Shown here piece after piece: positions 15,050 through 26,533 of a stretch of DNA of 64,000 nucleotides (within the stretch, counting starts at the first letter, position 1; the number at the start of each line of letters is the position of its first letter). This stretch comes from the human T2T-CHM13v2.0 reference genome, Homo sapiens. Location of the stretch: the NCBI RefSeq assembly GCF_009914755.1, contig NC_060947.1. One strand, given 5' to 3'. A model generated the notes under the pieces. That model was not told the origin of the DNA. It saw only the letters and a program-made list of their open reading frames with translations, and made no database searches. The translations under genes and the position numbers were made by a program.

Positions 15050-16953
15050 CACACTTTTAAACAACCAGATCTTGTGAAAACAGCAAGGGGGAAATCCACC
15101 CCCATGATCCAATCACCTCCTATCCTACCAGGCCCCTGGTATGCTGATGCTTTCTTTCCCCCAACACCCCTAACAGGCCCCAGTGTGGGTTGTTCCCCTC
15201 CTTGTTTCCATGTGTTCTCATTTTTATGCTCCCACTTATAAGTGAGAACATGAGGTGTTTAGTTTTCTGTTCCTGTGTTACTTTGCTGAGTATAATGGCT
15301 TCCAGTTCCATCCATGTCCCTGCAAAGGACATGATCTCATTCTTTTTTATGGTTGCATAGTATTCCATGATGTATATGTACCACATTTTCTTTATCCAGT
15401 CTATTACTGATGGACATTTGTGTTGATTCTATGTCTTTGTTATTGTGAATAGTGCTGCAATGAACATACATGTGCATGTATCTTTATAACAGAATAATTT
15501 ATATTCCTTTTGGTGTATACCCAGTAATGGGATTGCTGGATGAAATTGTATTTCTGGTTCAAGGTCTTTGAGTACTTGCCAAACTGTCTTCCACAATGGT
15601 TGAACTAATTTACTTTCCCACCAACATTGTAAAAGCATTTGTATTTCTTCACAGCCTCACCAGCATCTGCTGTTTCTTGACTTTTTAATAATTGCCATTC
15701 TGTCTGGTGTAAGATGGTATCTTTGTGGTTTTGATTTGCATTTCTCTAATGATCAGTGATGTTGAGCTTTCTTTTCATGTGTTTGTTGGCAGCATAAATG
15801 GCTTCTTTTGAAAAGTGTGTCTGTTCATGTCCTGTGCCCACTTTTCAATGTTTTTTTCTCTTGTAAATTTGTGCAAGCCCTTATAGACTCTGGATATTAG
15901 ACCTTTGTCAGGTACAAAAATTGCAAAAATTTCCCTCCATTCTATAGATTGTCTGTTCACTCTGATGATAGTTTCTTTTGCTGTGCAGTAGTTCTTTAGT
16001 TTAATGAGATCCCATTTGTTCATTTTTGCTTTAGTTGCGGTTGCTTTTGACATTTTCATCATGAAATCTTTTTCTGTGCCTATGTCCTGAATGGTATTGC
16101 CTAGATTTTTTTCTAAGTTTTTTATAATTTGGGGTTTTACAGTTAAGTCTTTAATCCATCTTGAGTTAACCTTTGTACAAGGTGTAAGGAAGGGGTCCAG
16201 TTTCAGTTTTCTGCATATACCTAGCCAGTTTCTCCAGCACCATTTGTTAAATAGGGAATCTTTTCCCCATTGCTTGTTTTTGTCAGGTTTGCTGAAGAGC
16301 AGATGGTTGTAGATGTGCAGTCTTGCTTCTGAGATCTTTATTCTGTTCCTTTGGTATGTGTCTCTTTTTTGTACCAGTGCCATCCTGTTTTGTTTACTGT
16401 AGCCTTGTGGTATAGTTTGAAGTCATGTAGCATGATGCCTCCAGCTTTGTTCTTTTTACTTAGGATTGTCTTGTCTATACAGGCTCTCTTTTGGTTCCAT
16501 ATGAATTTTCTGGTAAGTTTTGTCTATTTCTGTAGAGAATGTCGATGGTAGTTTAATGGGAATAGCACTGAATCTTTAAATTACTTTGGGCTGTAGGGCT
16601 ATTTTCACGATGTTGATTCTTCTTATCCCTGAGCATGGAATGTTTCTCCATTTGTTTAAGTCCTCTCTGATTTCCTTAAGCAGCGGTTTGTAGTTCTCCT
16701 TGAAGAGATCTTTCACTTCTCTTCTTAGCTGTATTTCTAGGTACTTTATTCATTTTGTAGCAATTGTAAATGGGAGTTTATTCTTGATTTTCAGTGCCAC
16801 ACATTTTTAAATAACCAGATATCATGAGAATTCACTCACTATCACTATAACAGCAAGGGAGAAATCCATCCACATGATTCAATCACCTTCCACAAGGCCC
16901 CACCTCCAATTCAACATGAAATTTCAGTGGGGACACAAATTCAAACCATATTA
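14824..16953 (-). mobile_element. MSTA-like LTR sequence in two overlapping pieces (14824-~15137 and ~16793-16953)
   Basis: Begins tgtattaatccattctcacactgctat and ends ...ggacacaaattcaaaccatatta; exact 5-bp TSD GTCTT (14819-14823, 16954-16958); internal (GA)n at 15010-15045. Confidence 0.88.
15140..16790 (-). mobile_element. Older L1PA (approx. L1PA8-13) ORF2/3'UTR segment lacking its poly(A) end
   Basis: ORF2 remnants 15775-16383 ([13 protein letters not shown]), 15429-15638 and 15120-15386. Confidence 0.9.
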
Positions 16954-17387
16954 GTCTTTCATTTTTGATTTGATTTTCATATATGGAGAGAGATATGGTT
17001 ATAGTTTCATTTTGCTGCATGTAGATATTCAGTTTTCCCAGCACAATTTATTGAAGAGACCGTCTTTTTTTCTAATATATGTTCCTGGCACCTTTGTCAA
17101 AAATGAGTACGCTGTAAGTGCCTAGATTTGTTTCTGGGTTCTCTAATCTTTTCCAGTGGTCTGTTTTTTTTGTTTGTTTGCTTGCTTGTTTGTTTTTGCC
17201 AACACCATGCTGTTTTGTTTACTATAGCTCTGTAGTAAAATTTGAAGTCAAGTAATGTGATTTATCCAGTTTTTTTTTCTTTTTGCTCAGGATAGCTTTG
17301 GCTATTCTATGTCTTTCATGATTCTACATAAACTTTATAATTATTTATATTTATGTGAAGAATGACATTAGTATTTTTATCTTTGTA

Positions 17388-17830
17388 CAGTAGGCTGAGG
17401 AGGAGGAAAAAAATGACGGGTTGTTCTTTGCAGCAGAGGCAGAAGAAAATCTGTGTGTAAGTGTACCCCAACCACTCAAATTTGTGTTGTTCAAGTTGAC
17501 TCTTAAGCAGAACATGCTATATAAAGGTGACAAGGATGAAGACTTTTAGGATGATGCATTTCCACTTAATGAATTGTAAATTTATTTTATCTTCCTTGTG
17601 ATTTTCTTAAAAACACATGTGCTCTAGCTTAATTTATTGTAAGAATACAGTATATAATATATATAACTTGCAAAATATGTAATATTGACTCTGTATATTG
17701 TTACTAAGGCTTCTAGTCATCAGTAGGCTATTAGTTATTAAGTTTTTGGCAAGTTAAATCTTATAGACAATTTTTTTACTTGATGGGGCATTGGCACCCC
17801 TAACTGGTGTTTTGTTCCAGGGTCAACTGT
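17388..17830 (+). mobile_element. Tigger3a/MER7-like MITE (TcMar-Tigger) with its first ~115 bp inverted
   Basis: Right end ...ttgttccagggtcaactg-ta; body gatgaagacttttaggatgat...; left part is present as reverse complement at 17388-17500. Confidence 0.8.
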
Positions 17831-18749
17831 ATTTTATAAAATATTAATTTTCACTGGAACAAAAATTTAGTATAATTCGAGGTTCAACTGTGATAGAATT
17901 AATTTTCAAGGGACTCAGAAGGATAATCTAGCATTTTGTATTGTGAAAAAATGAATGTCAGTTCCATTTTGCATAACTTTATCTCTCTTTATATTAAGAT
18001 ATCTACTAAGTAGTATAAATATATTACCTGAAAAAGAAGTCACATCATTAGGGTATCCTCACTTCATGTGAATTGGCTATTATGACACGAATGGTAGAAA
18101 CTGCTAAATCTTAGTGATAAGGAGACCAATAAATGCTATCTTGAAGTACATGTCTATACCAGGTGCCAAAATCCAAAGATTAATGAATTGATGATACCAT
18201 AATTTACCTAATGAGAGACAAGGAAAAGAAATTAGGAGAAGGGGAGTGGCACAGTGGCTGGTAACCTTGCAACCAATCAATCAAGAAAACATGCCTTATA
18301 TATGGTACCAGTGAGACAACACTGGCAGTTGTGCTATTTTTTTGCACTTAGAAACATGAGGAAACTTACTGAAATAAACTTATAAAGCCATAGTGAAACT
18401 TTGGCTTTATAACTGAAGACATATATGTAGCTTTATACAATTCATAAAATGGACTCCTCTTTACTGCATGCAGGTAAACATTTTATTCACTTCCTCCCAG
18501 TAATGCCATGTCTTCTGTTACTACTATTTGAAATATAACATATGCACTGGAGTTTTTATCTGCATGTATATATTAATATTCCATTTGTTTTTGTAGGTAT
18601 TTCTCAGTTAATTTTTACTTATTTATCCTAAATATTTCCTAGATATAGGTAGAAATTATTACACAGGCTTGAAAAATATAAGCTTTCCTACTTCCTACTC
18701 CCTCCCATAGTCATTTCTGAATTCTCTAGTAGTCCTAATCCATGTCAAA

Positions 18750-19058
18750 AGCAAGTCTGCTTAGGAATGAGTCCTCAGACACATGAAGTTATCCACCTCT
18801 ACACCTTTAAGAACTTCAAAGCTGGAAAGCATATACATCCTGGGACACTGAATCCTCTGTATCATTAGTATTTTTATTGTAATTATTATTTCTTCAAATG
18901 ATCTAGCCACATGATGGTTATCCTGCCCTTATCACAGTTGAATTCAAATAATCATATTTCATATCATTCTTTCCTGCTACTCTATCAGCTTCATGAGGGT
19001 GGAAATCTTGTCTAGTTTTACCTAATGCACAGTAGGTACTAGGCAAATGAGTGAATTA
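18750..19058. mobile_element. L2 3' fragment
   Basis: agcttcatgagggtggaaatcttgtc...gcacagtaggtact...aaatgagtgaat. Confidence 0.5.
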
Positions 19059-19574
19059 ATATATTATTATCATTATTTACCTTATTTCCTATACCATGTA
19101 CTAATCATTGTACTAAGTCCTACTAACACAAAAGGTGGAAAATATAATTCCCAATTTAGGTGATTTCTACATATTATAAACAAGATTGAAAGATAGTAAA
19201 TATTTCCCATTCTGGAAGAGTGAATCATTGTGTTTTCTCTTCGCATTTGCGTGTGACAATCAAGGTCTTTCAGATGTCTTAAAGTTTGTCTCAAAATTTA
19301 CCAAAATCAGCTTTACAAAGAACAATAAATTATTAAAGATACTAATATTGTGCCACTCTGTATTTGTAAGTGCACACAGTTCCCTTAGCTCTCTGAAGTT
19401 TTTTGAATACTCTCCTTAACTGACTCATGAAACAAATATAGTTTTGACAGTAAGCTGAGCAATATACTGTACTTTTTGGAAGAGTTGTCATGAAATGAAG
19501 GCTATAAGGTGCTACAACTCAAACAATTGTGGAACTTCATGATTGAGCTGTGTTCTACTTCTGTCCCTGCACAA

Positions 19575-20200
19575 TAGTTCTCTGAGTGACCTGGAAATAA
19601 TCCAGTTCTTTTCCTTTCTTCTTCGTAGATTTCAAGAATAACTATAGAATGCACTGGGAATGCAATATCTTGAGATAGGAAAGAAATGCCCCAAATAGCC
19701 CTGGACTAGTTTTTGTCCTTCCTATGGAATGTAACATCTTCTAACTACTTTTCTGTACCCATTAACCATCCGTATTTCCCTGTCACCCATTCACTACCTT
19801 TCTCAACCACTAGTAACCATTGGTAATTTAATATCTTGAGTTAGAGAGGAATTGCTGGGACAGGCCGGGCTTTTTTCCTCATTCTGTTGGAAGAAGGATA
19901 TCTTTCAAAGCTTTACCCAGGATTCCTTTTGTCCCTGAAACATATAATCTGGAGTGGAATGCCTTTTGGGGTCCCTCAGCTATAGTGCAAGTTAAGAAAG
20001 CATAGTAAAGACTCTAGCCACCCAGGGCAGATTTCTCGAGCCTAGAGGAATCAGCTCACAATGGATCCTAGTCTTTTAGCCCATGGTGCCTACCTGTAAG
20101 TAATAAGTTATCTTCACCTATCTTTTCACATATGAGTATGTTCTGTATCACTAGGCTCACGTAATTTGGTAGCCAAAGCACAGTGAATCTGCCTCACACA
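19575..20200 (+). mobile_element. ERV solo LTR (family not resolved) carrying an ~88-bp L1 insert
   Basis: LTR-like motifs aagaataactatagaatgcactgggaatgcaatatcttgagatagg, catataa, aagtaataa; ends ...cctcaca. Confidence 0.6.
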
Positions 20201-21004
20201 GTCCCAACAACTGCTAGATGAGTAAACAGGCAAGAAAATGTGATTACATCCATAAAACTGAATAACTCATTTCACTAGCTTTATTTCATTGAATTTATTT
20301 TCATTTGGGCTTCTCAGTCAAAATTATCACAGTAGCCTTTATTTTTGACACATGCACTTGACTGTAGAAGTTAGCACTAGGGAATGTGTTTTATTCTAAG
20401 TGAGTATTTTTGAAGACCATCAAGTATTATCAAAGAGATGCCAAGCTATTTTTTGAAAATGCTTGGATTAAGTGTTTTCCAGTTAACTTTTTTTCTTTAG
20501 CTGATATCACTTAGGAGGCTGTGACTCTGTGAATGTACAAATGGCTATTTTATGAAATGCTGTCAACCTCAGCAAGCAATAAAATATCTCAAATTCCACA
20601 AGATCTTTAATTAGCTGTATGGACTATGCTTAAAATACAATTGAGAATACTATGAGATAATAAAGACTTGTTTGGTGTTGATATAACAGAATGATCTGGT
20701 CACTATCTCTATATTCCAAACCCTACTTAGAACCATTGCAGGTAAGTAAAACTAACTTAAACCATTTCAGAAAAAAGAGAATCTTAGTCGTGTATATGAA
20801 TGAATGTACACTGTCTCCTATAAAGCAGCATACCAATTATCAACAGTTCATGTTTTACCTGCTTATTTGATATTACTAAGAAATAGCCATTTTATAGTTC
20901 TCCCAATCCCTTCCTGTTTATTCAGGAGATTAAATGAAAGCAACAGTAGTGAACAAATTGGGTAGAGTGGTGAGGAGAAGCAGCCTATTTTAATTGAAAT
21001 CCAT

Positions 21005-21222
21005 CGGCTCTGGAGTCTGATAAATATGGTTTAGAATTTACACAATTATATTTTAGTTGATAGAGTCATATAATGATAATGAACCAATATAAATCTGTCA
21101 AATAGGAATAATGACTGTACCCCACTCATAGCATTTCTCGGAGGATTTCATGGGATTTTACATATAAACATATTGTCACAATGGCTAGTCCAATGTAAAC
21201 ATTCAACAAATTCTGGTATCAT
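21005..21222 (+). mobile_element. MIR
   Basis: ggctctggagtctga..., core tctgtcaaataggaataat...actcatagc, end attcaacaaat. Confidence 0.65.
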
Positions 21223-21410
21223 TCATCAAGCAGTGGTAATCTCATCAATAAATACATCTTTAAAAATAAAGGAATCAAAAAGTAGGAACAACTATATCAG
21301 CATGAACTTAACTTAGAAGTAAATGTCTATTATGGGGTACAGTTATCCCTTTGATATACTTAGCTTGTTAATCCTCTTTTGCTTCTGGCATTGTATTACT
21401 GTAGTGCTAG

Positions 21411-21411
<1 letters not shown>

Positions 21412-21464
<53 letters not shown>

Positions 21465-21565
21465 TACATATATACACATATATGTGTATATACACATGTA
21501 TATACACACATATATATACACACATACATACATGCACATATATATGTGTATATATATCACACACG
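21412..21565. repeat. Compound (TA)n/(CA)n/(TACA)n microsatellite
   Basis: Direct reading. Confidence 0.95.
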
Positions 21566-21591
21566 TATTTTCCTCTATGTTTTATTTTGTA

Positions 21592-21706
21592 AAATTTCAA
21601 CTTTTTTAGATTCTGGGGTACATATACATGTTTGTTTCATTGGTATATTGTGTGATTCTGAGGTTTGGGGGAAAACTGGTCACATCACTTAGGTAGTCAG
21701 CATAGT
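21592..21706 (-). mobile_element. Short L1PB/L1PA16-type 3' end
   Basis: tttcaacttttttagattctggggtacat...tgtgtgattctgaggtttgggg...catcacttaggtagtcagcatag. Confidence 0.75.
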
Positions 21707-21721
21707 TAAATTATATTTTTA

Positions 21722-23760
21722 AAAGGAAGGAGGTGTCAACATTATCAAATGCTGGTAAGAGACCAAGTAAGATGAAGACTGGACGCTATGATATTTAAGT
21801 AATTGATCACATTAGAAATAATTTTTGGCTGGAGGAATGCAGATGAAAATTCGTGTGTAATCATTTGTTGATTGAAAAAGAATGGAGAAAATGAGGGCAA
21901 TGAGTATAAACTGACATTTGGAAGAAGAAAGAAGAAAGGATTGTAGCTAGACAATAAATATGAGGTCTGTGAAGTCTAATTGGTTTGAATTTTGTTTTAT
22001 TATTTTTGTTTTCTCTTCTGCTTTATTTCTCCCCTTTTCTTTTTTATTTCCTTTTACTTTTAGTTGGTAAGTAATAATTGTACATATTTATGGAATGAGT
22101 GATATTCTGATACATGTATACAATGTATAATGGTAAAATCAAGGTAATTAGCATATCTATCACCTCAAACATCTATTATTTCTTTGCGTTGTGAACATCC
22201 AAAATCCTCTCTTTTAGATTTTTGAATATATAAGATACATTTTAGCTAACTATATTCAACTTACAGTGCTGCAGGCCACCAGAATTTATTCCTCTTATCT
22301 AGCTATAATTTTGTATCTATTAATCAACCTCCTCCCATACTCCTCCATTACCCTTCCCAGTCTCTAATACTCACAATTCTAATCTCTACTTTTATGAGCT
22401 CAAATTGGTTTAGTTCCCACATATGAGTCAGAACATGCAATATTTTTCTTCCTGTGCCTGACTTATTTCACGTGATATATGGTCACCCAGTTTCATTCAT
22501 GTTGCTGCAAATGACATTATTTCACTCTTACTTTGTGGCCAAATGGCATTCCATTGTGTGTATGTACCACATTTTCTTTATCTGTTTATCTGTTGATGGA
22601 CATTCAGGTTGATTCCATATCTTAGTTATTGTGAATAGTGGTGCAATAAACATGGGGGTACAGTTATCCCTTTGATATACTGATTTCCTTTCCTTGGAAT
22701 AAGTGACCTAGTTTTTTGTTTCAATGGAAGTGGTTAAAATATGTTTTAATGCAAATTAGAATAATCTAGTTGGGAGGGAGAGTTGGATTATTCAAGAAAA
22801 GGGATGGATACTGGTTAGTGTAAAGTTCCTGCAAAGGCAGGAGAGGATGAGTTTTAAAACACAGAAAAAGGAATAGAATTTACATACAGGAGGGATAGTT
22901 TCTCCTCTGTTCTAACATGAGAAAAGGAGAATGGGATAAAGACAGATGTAGGTAAATTATTTGGTGGGGAGTTCCCATCTGAAGCTTTATACTTTCTGTT
23001 TGAATTCTGGGACATAGCCAAGTGCTGAGAGAAACAGAGATTGAAACTGAGGACTAAAAGTTTGAGTAGAATAATGAAAGTTTAACATGAATACTGCAGT
23101 TTGTAAGAGAAAGCATGTTGCATAGAGGCAAATAAAAAGACTGTCAGATGGTGTGAAGTGAGGTATATAATTTAAAACTGACATTCATAAACTTCATTGT
23201 GAAAATATTGTGTGTTCCATATATTTTTTCTGCAACACAGGGAGAGTAGTAGTGTACAGGCATAGAGAAAGGGAATACTTATATCTATTAATGGTGGATA
23301 TTTTGCAAAAGAGGAGCTTCTGAAAGGTAGAAAGAGAAGTGCAAGTAGGTCATTGGCCTGAAATATTTTGAAATGGCAGCTCATAAAAGCTAAGGTTGAT
23401 GGGAAGGTAAATAAATAGATGTTAGGGCATGTGATTGGGAAAAATAAATTATAGAAATCAAGGGACTAAACACTTCAGTAAGTTTAAGGATTAGTCTTCT
23501 GTATGGACTAGTAGAAAAAGCAAACCGGAAAAAAAGGTTTGGGACAAACTGGAATGTTTTAGTGACATTAAAAGAGGCACACTTAATAATATTGGTGAGG
23601 TCCAATATATGATAATGACAGTGGGTGGCTGAAGGAGGATAGAGGAAGTTCTTAAAGCTGATATAGTCAATCTCAGGCCACAGTGTTGAAATGAGTCTTC
23701 ATGTAAACTTGGAATCAACCAAGATTGTTGAAAAGAAGGCTGTGAGCATTTTCCCAAGCT
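21722..23760. mobile_element. Degenerate L2 interrupted by the L1MA at 22045-22710
   Basis: L2 motif gtgtcaacattatcaaatgctggtaagagaccaagtaagatgaagactg; purine-rich L2-like body continues after 22720. Confidence 0.5.
22045..22710 (-). mobile_element. L1MA-type 3' end, 5'-truncated
   Basis: taataattgtacatatttatgg...gcatatctatcacctcaaac...gttcccacatatgag...tgatatactgatttcctttcc. Confidence 0.88.
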
Positions 23761-23766
23761 CTTCAC

Positions 23767-24200
23767 TGTTTTAAAGTATAGGTTGTATTATTATTCAGAT
23801 ATGGTGAGGCCAACAAATCATGAGATGACTGCCATTGAAAAGACTTTGTTATACCAACAGATCCAAAGAGAAAAATGCATGAGGGGCCACACAGAGAAAC
23901 ACTGGGTTCAACCAGAAGGAAGAGGTAGCAGTAGAAATTGTGGGCAAGAGCCTTTATTTTGGTTGCCATGGGAAGGAACATGCAAGCAAAGGTAAACAGC
24001 TCAACTGGCTAGTTTGAGTAATTTCAGCAGGCTCTGGGGTGTAGGGGCTGCCTTTAGTTATCTGGCACATGGACCTGGTTTACATTTGAAAGGTGTGTTC
24101 CCAGGTGACTTTTTTTTTTTTTTTTAAATATTTCTAGGAATTAGCTAACCCTAGGAGGCAGCAGTCCCTCCAGTGTTAGTAAATCTCTAGAGGTTAAAGA
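23767..24200 (-). mobile_element. ERVL-type solo LTR (MER54/68/74-like)
   Basis: cagatatggtgaggccaaca...gactgccattgaaaagac...gggcaagagcctttatt (antisense AATAAA)...ggctagtttgagtaatttcagc. Confidence 0.65.
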
Positions 24201-24255
24201 CTGAAAATACAGAAAATAAAAACACAAGTTTAATATAGAAGGGTAAAAAATTATC

Positions 24256-24588
<333 letters not shown>

Positions 24589-26365
24589 CTAGTGAAATAG
24601 TCATGAACTTTGCAGCATCAAGTTTGTTTTCTAAGAGGTTGGGGAATTAGTAGTATGGAAGCAGTACAAGGGAGGGACTACGAGATGAAACCCACTGCTA
24701 AACTTGGGGATGTGTACAATGGGGGAGAATAAGCAGAATAATATCAATTTGTGAGGATTATAGAAGTCAATAATGTCTTCAGAGGAAACTGTTTGCAGTT
24801 AAAAAATAAAAGGTAGGTAAAGGCTCACAGAAGCGGTGGAGGCTACAAGGGTAGTTGCCCATTACACAGAAAAAAAAGTTAGAGGACACACTGTAAGAGT
24901 TTATAAATAGAGTTTTTGTAAAGAATAAGGAAGAACAAAGATTTAGAGAGACAATGGCACAATAAAGGGTGAATGGCTTGTAGACATAATTTACTATTTG
25001 GACATTGGCAGGTGGAAGTAGCTAGAAGAGATATCTGTCATTTTCATTTTATTGTGTTTACTGGTTAAAACAGTGATTAGGAAACAAAAGTCATTGGATA
25101 AGGAAGAAAAGAACTCAAAATCAGGGTCAAACACATAGACAATAAGGTTATACAGCATGATGTCAAAACTTCCAAGATTGAAATATTTACTCAAGCCTTC
25201 AGTAGGTGAGAGTGGGATAATAATTGTGTGGTATACAGTATTTCAAGACTTACAGAAAATATAAAAACATCTGACACATTTTTAGAATGTTCATTTTTGT
25301 AATGAGGTATGTTTTCTTAGAAACTTACTGTGAACAGTTTAGGTATTTTTTTAATGTGGTACTGAATTTTCAACTGTACATATATCTGTATATAACTTCA
25401 CTCATTTGTTCTTTTGCAAAGAAATCTCTAAGGCCAGAGCGTAAAGTAGAAAGAACCCATTTAGTGACAGAGTTCAACTTAATCTTTAAAAAATGCTACT
25501 GATTTATTTTTGTCCGTTTCTTTGCCAGGCTCAAATTGGTTAATGCTAAGGATATTAAAAGCCCGACCAAAAAAAAGCACAACAGTGTGAGAAATAGGAA
25601 GAAAAAAAAGGAAGTGGCAAAGAGTTTTATAAACCACAGGATCCTTTAATACAAGAAATTCAATGTAAGAAACAAAAAGTTAACAACTCCCCAATTCCTT
25701 ATTTTTAACAAGTCCCTAGATAGGTAACAGTAACCTTCTATATGTCAGTCCATGGCAAAGAAAATGTTCTAAAATTTCCTTTCTTTTGCAACAAAAATAG
25801 TCCTTATGAAGTCAAAGGCAACTATGAAAGAACTGTCCCCCTGACAATAGAACCCTGTAGAGCACAAAAACTAAAAGCACTGACTGGGAGAGAGAGAGAA
25901 AGAGAAAGAGATAGAGAGATTGAATACTCTGGCTCTAGTCAAAATGCCTTGTTAGGGCACAAGGAGGAAAAAGAATACAGAAACAAAAAGTTCAGTTACA
26001 ACAGAAACCATTCAGAGAAAAAAGCAATGTTTATGACCTAGTGGTAGGATTTTCAGAAGAATATTGTAAATTGTAGAGAGAGACCAAAATTACAAATTAA
26101 AGAAAGGAGGAAAAAAGAGAGATTGGATTGAGTTAATAAAAAGTGCCAAGGCTGAGGTTTAAAAGGTAGAGCTTTCACCATCTTACGCAAAGTGGCATAT
26201 TTTGTTCCTATTTCAGAAAATAGGAACAAAAATTTCAGAAAAATTTTCATTATTAACCAATAGGTAAATTTGGTTTTGTAAGTTTGGGCTATTATGAGGG
26301 AAGTGTAAGAAATTATGATTTAGAGAGGGCAGGTAGTAAGTGTACTGAAAGGAAAGCACTACTAG

Positions 26366-26533
26366 TAGTGATGTCAGATAAAATAGAAGAAACTCATTAA
26401 AATTTAAATTTTATATAAACAACAAATACTATTCCACATGACATGCTAATACTAAAATAATACCCATAGTTTATGCAGAATTCAAATTTACCTTGATGCC
26501 GTCTATTTTTATTTGCCAAATCTGACTATCCTA
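26366..26533. mobile_element. MER53-like palindromic hAT MITE
   Basis: gtcagataaaatag...aaatttaaatttt.tataaacaac ... gtttatgcagaattcaaattta...tatttttatttgccaaatctgactatccta. Confidence 0.7.

Larger units (their letters stand above)
13522..17380 (-). mobile_element. L1MA-type element (3'UTR + ORF2 3' part), interrupted at 14824-16953 by MST/L1PA
   Basis: Antisense L1MA 3' end tttttgtgggtacatagtaggtgtat; ORF2 remnant 14561-14749 (MGKDFL...KAKMDKW); L1 resumes after the gtctt TSD. Confidence 0.9.

Noticed and set aside
21323-21609. Y/I/H/T-rich ORFs
   Set aside because: They are translations of (TA)/(CA) microsatellites.
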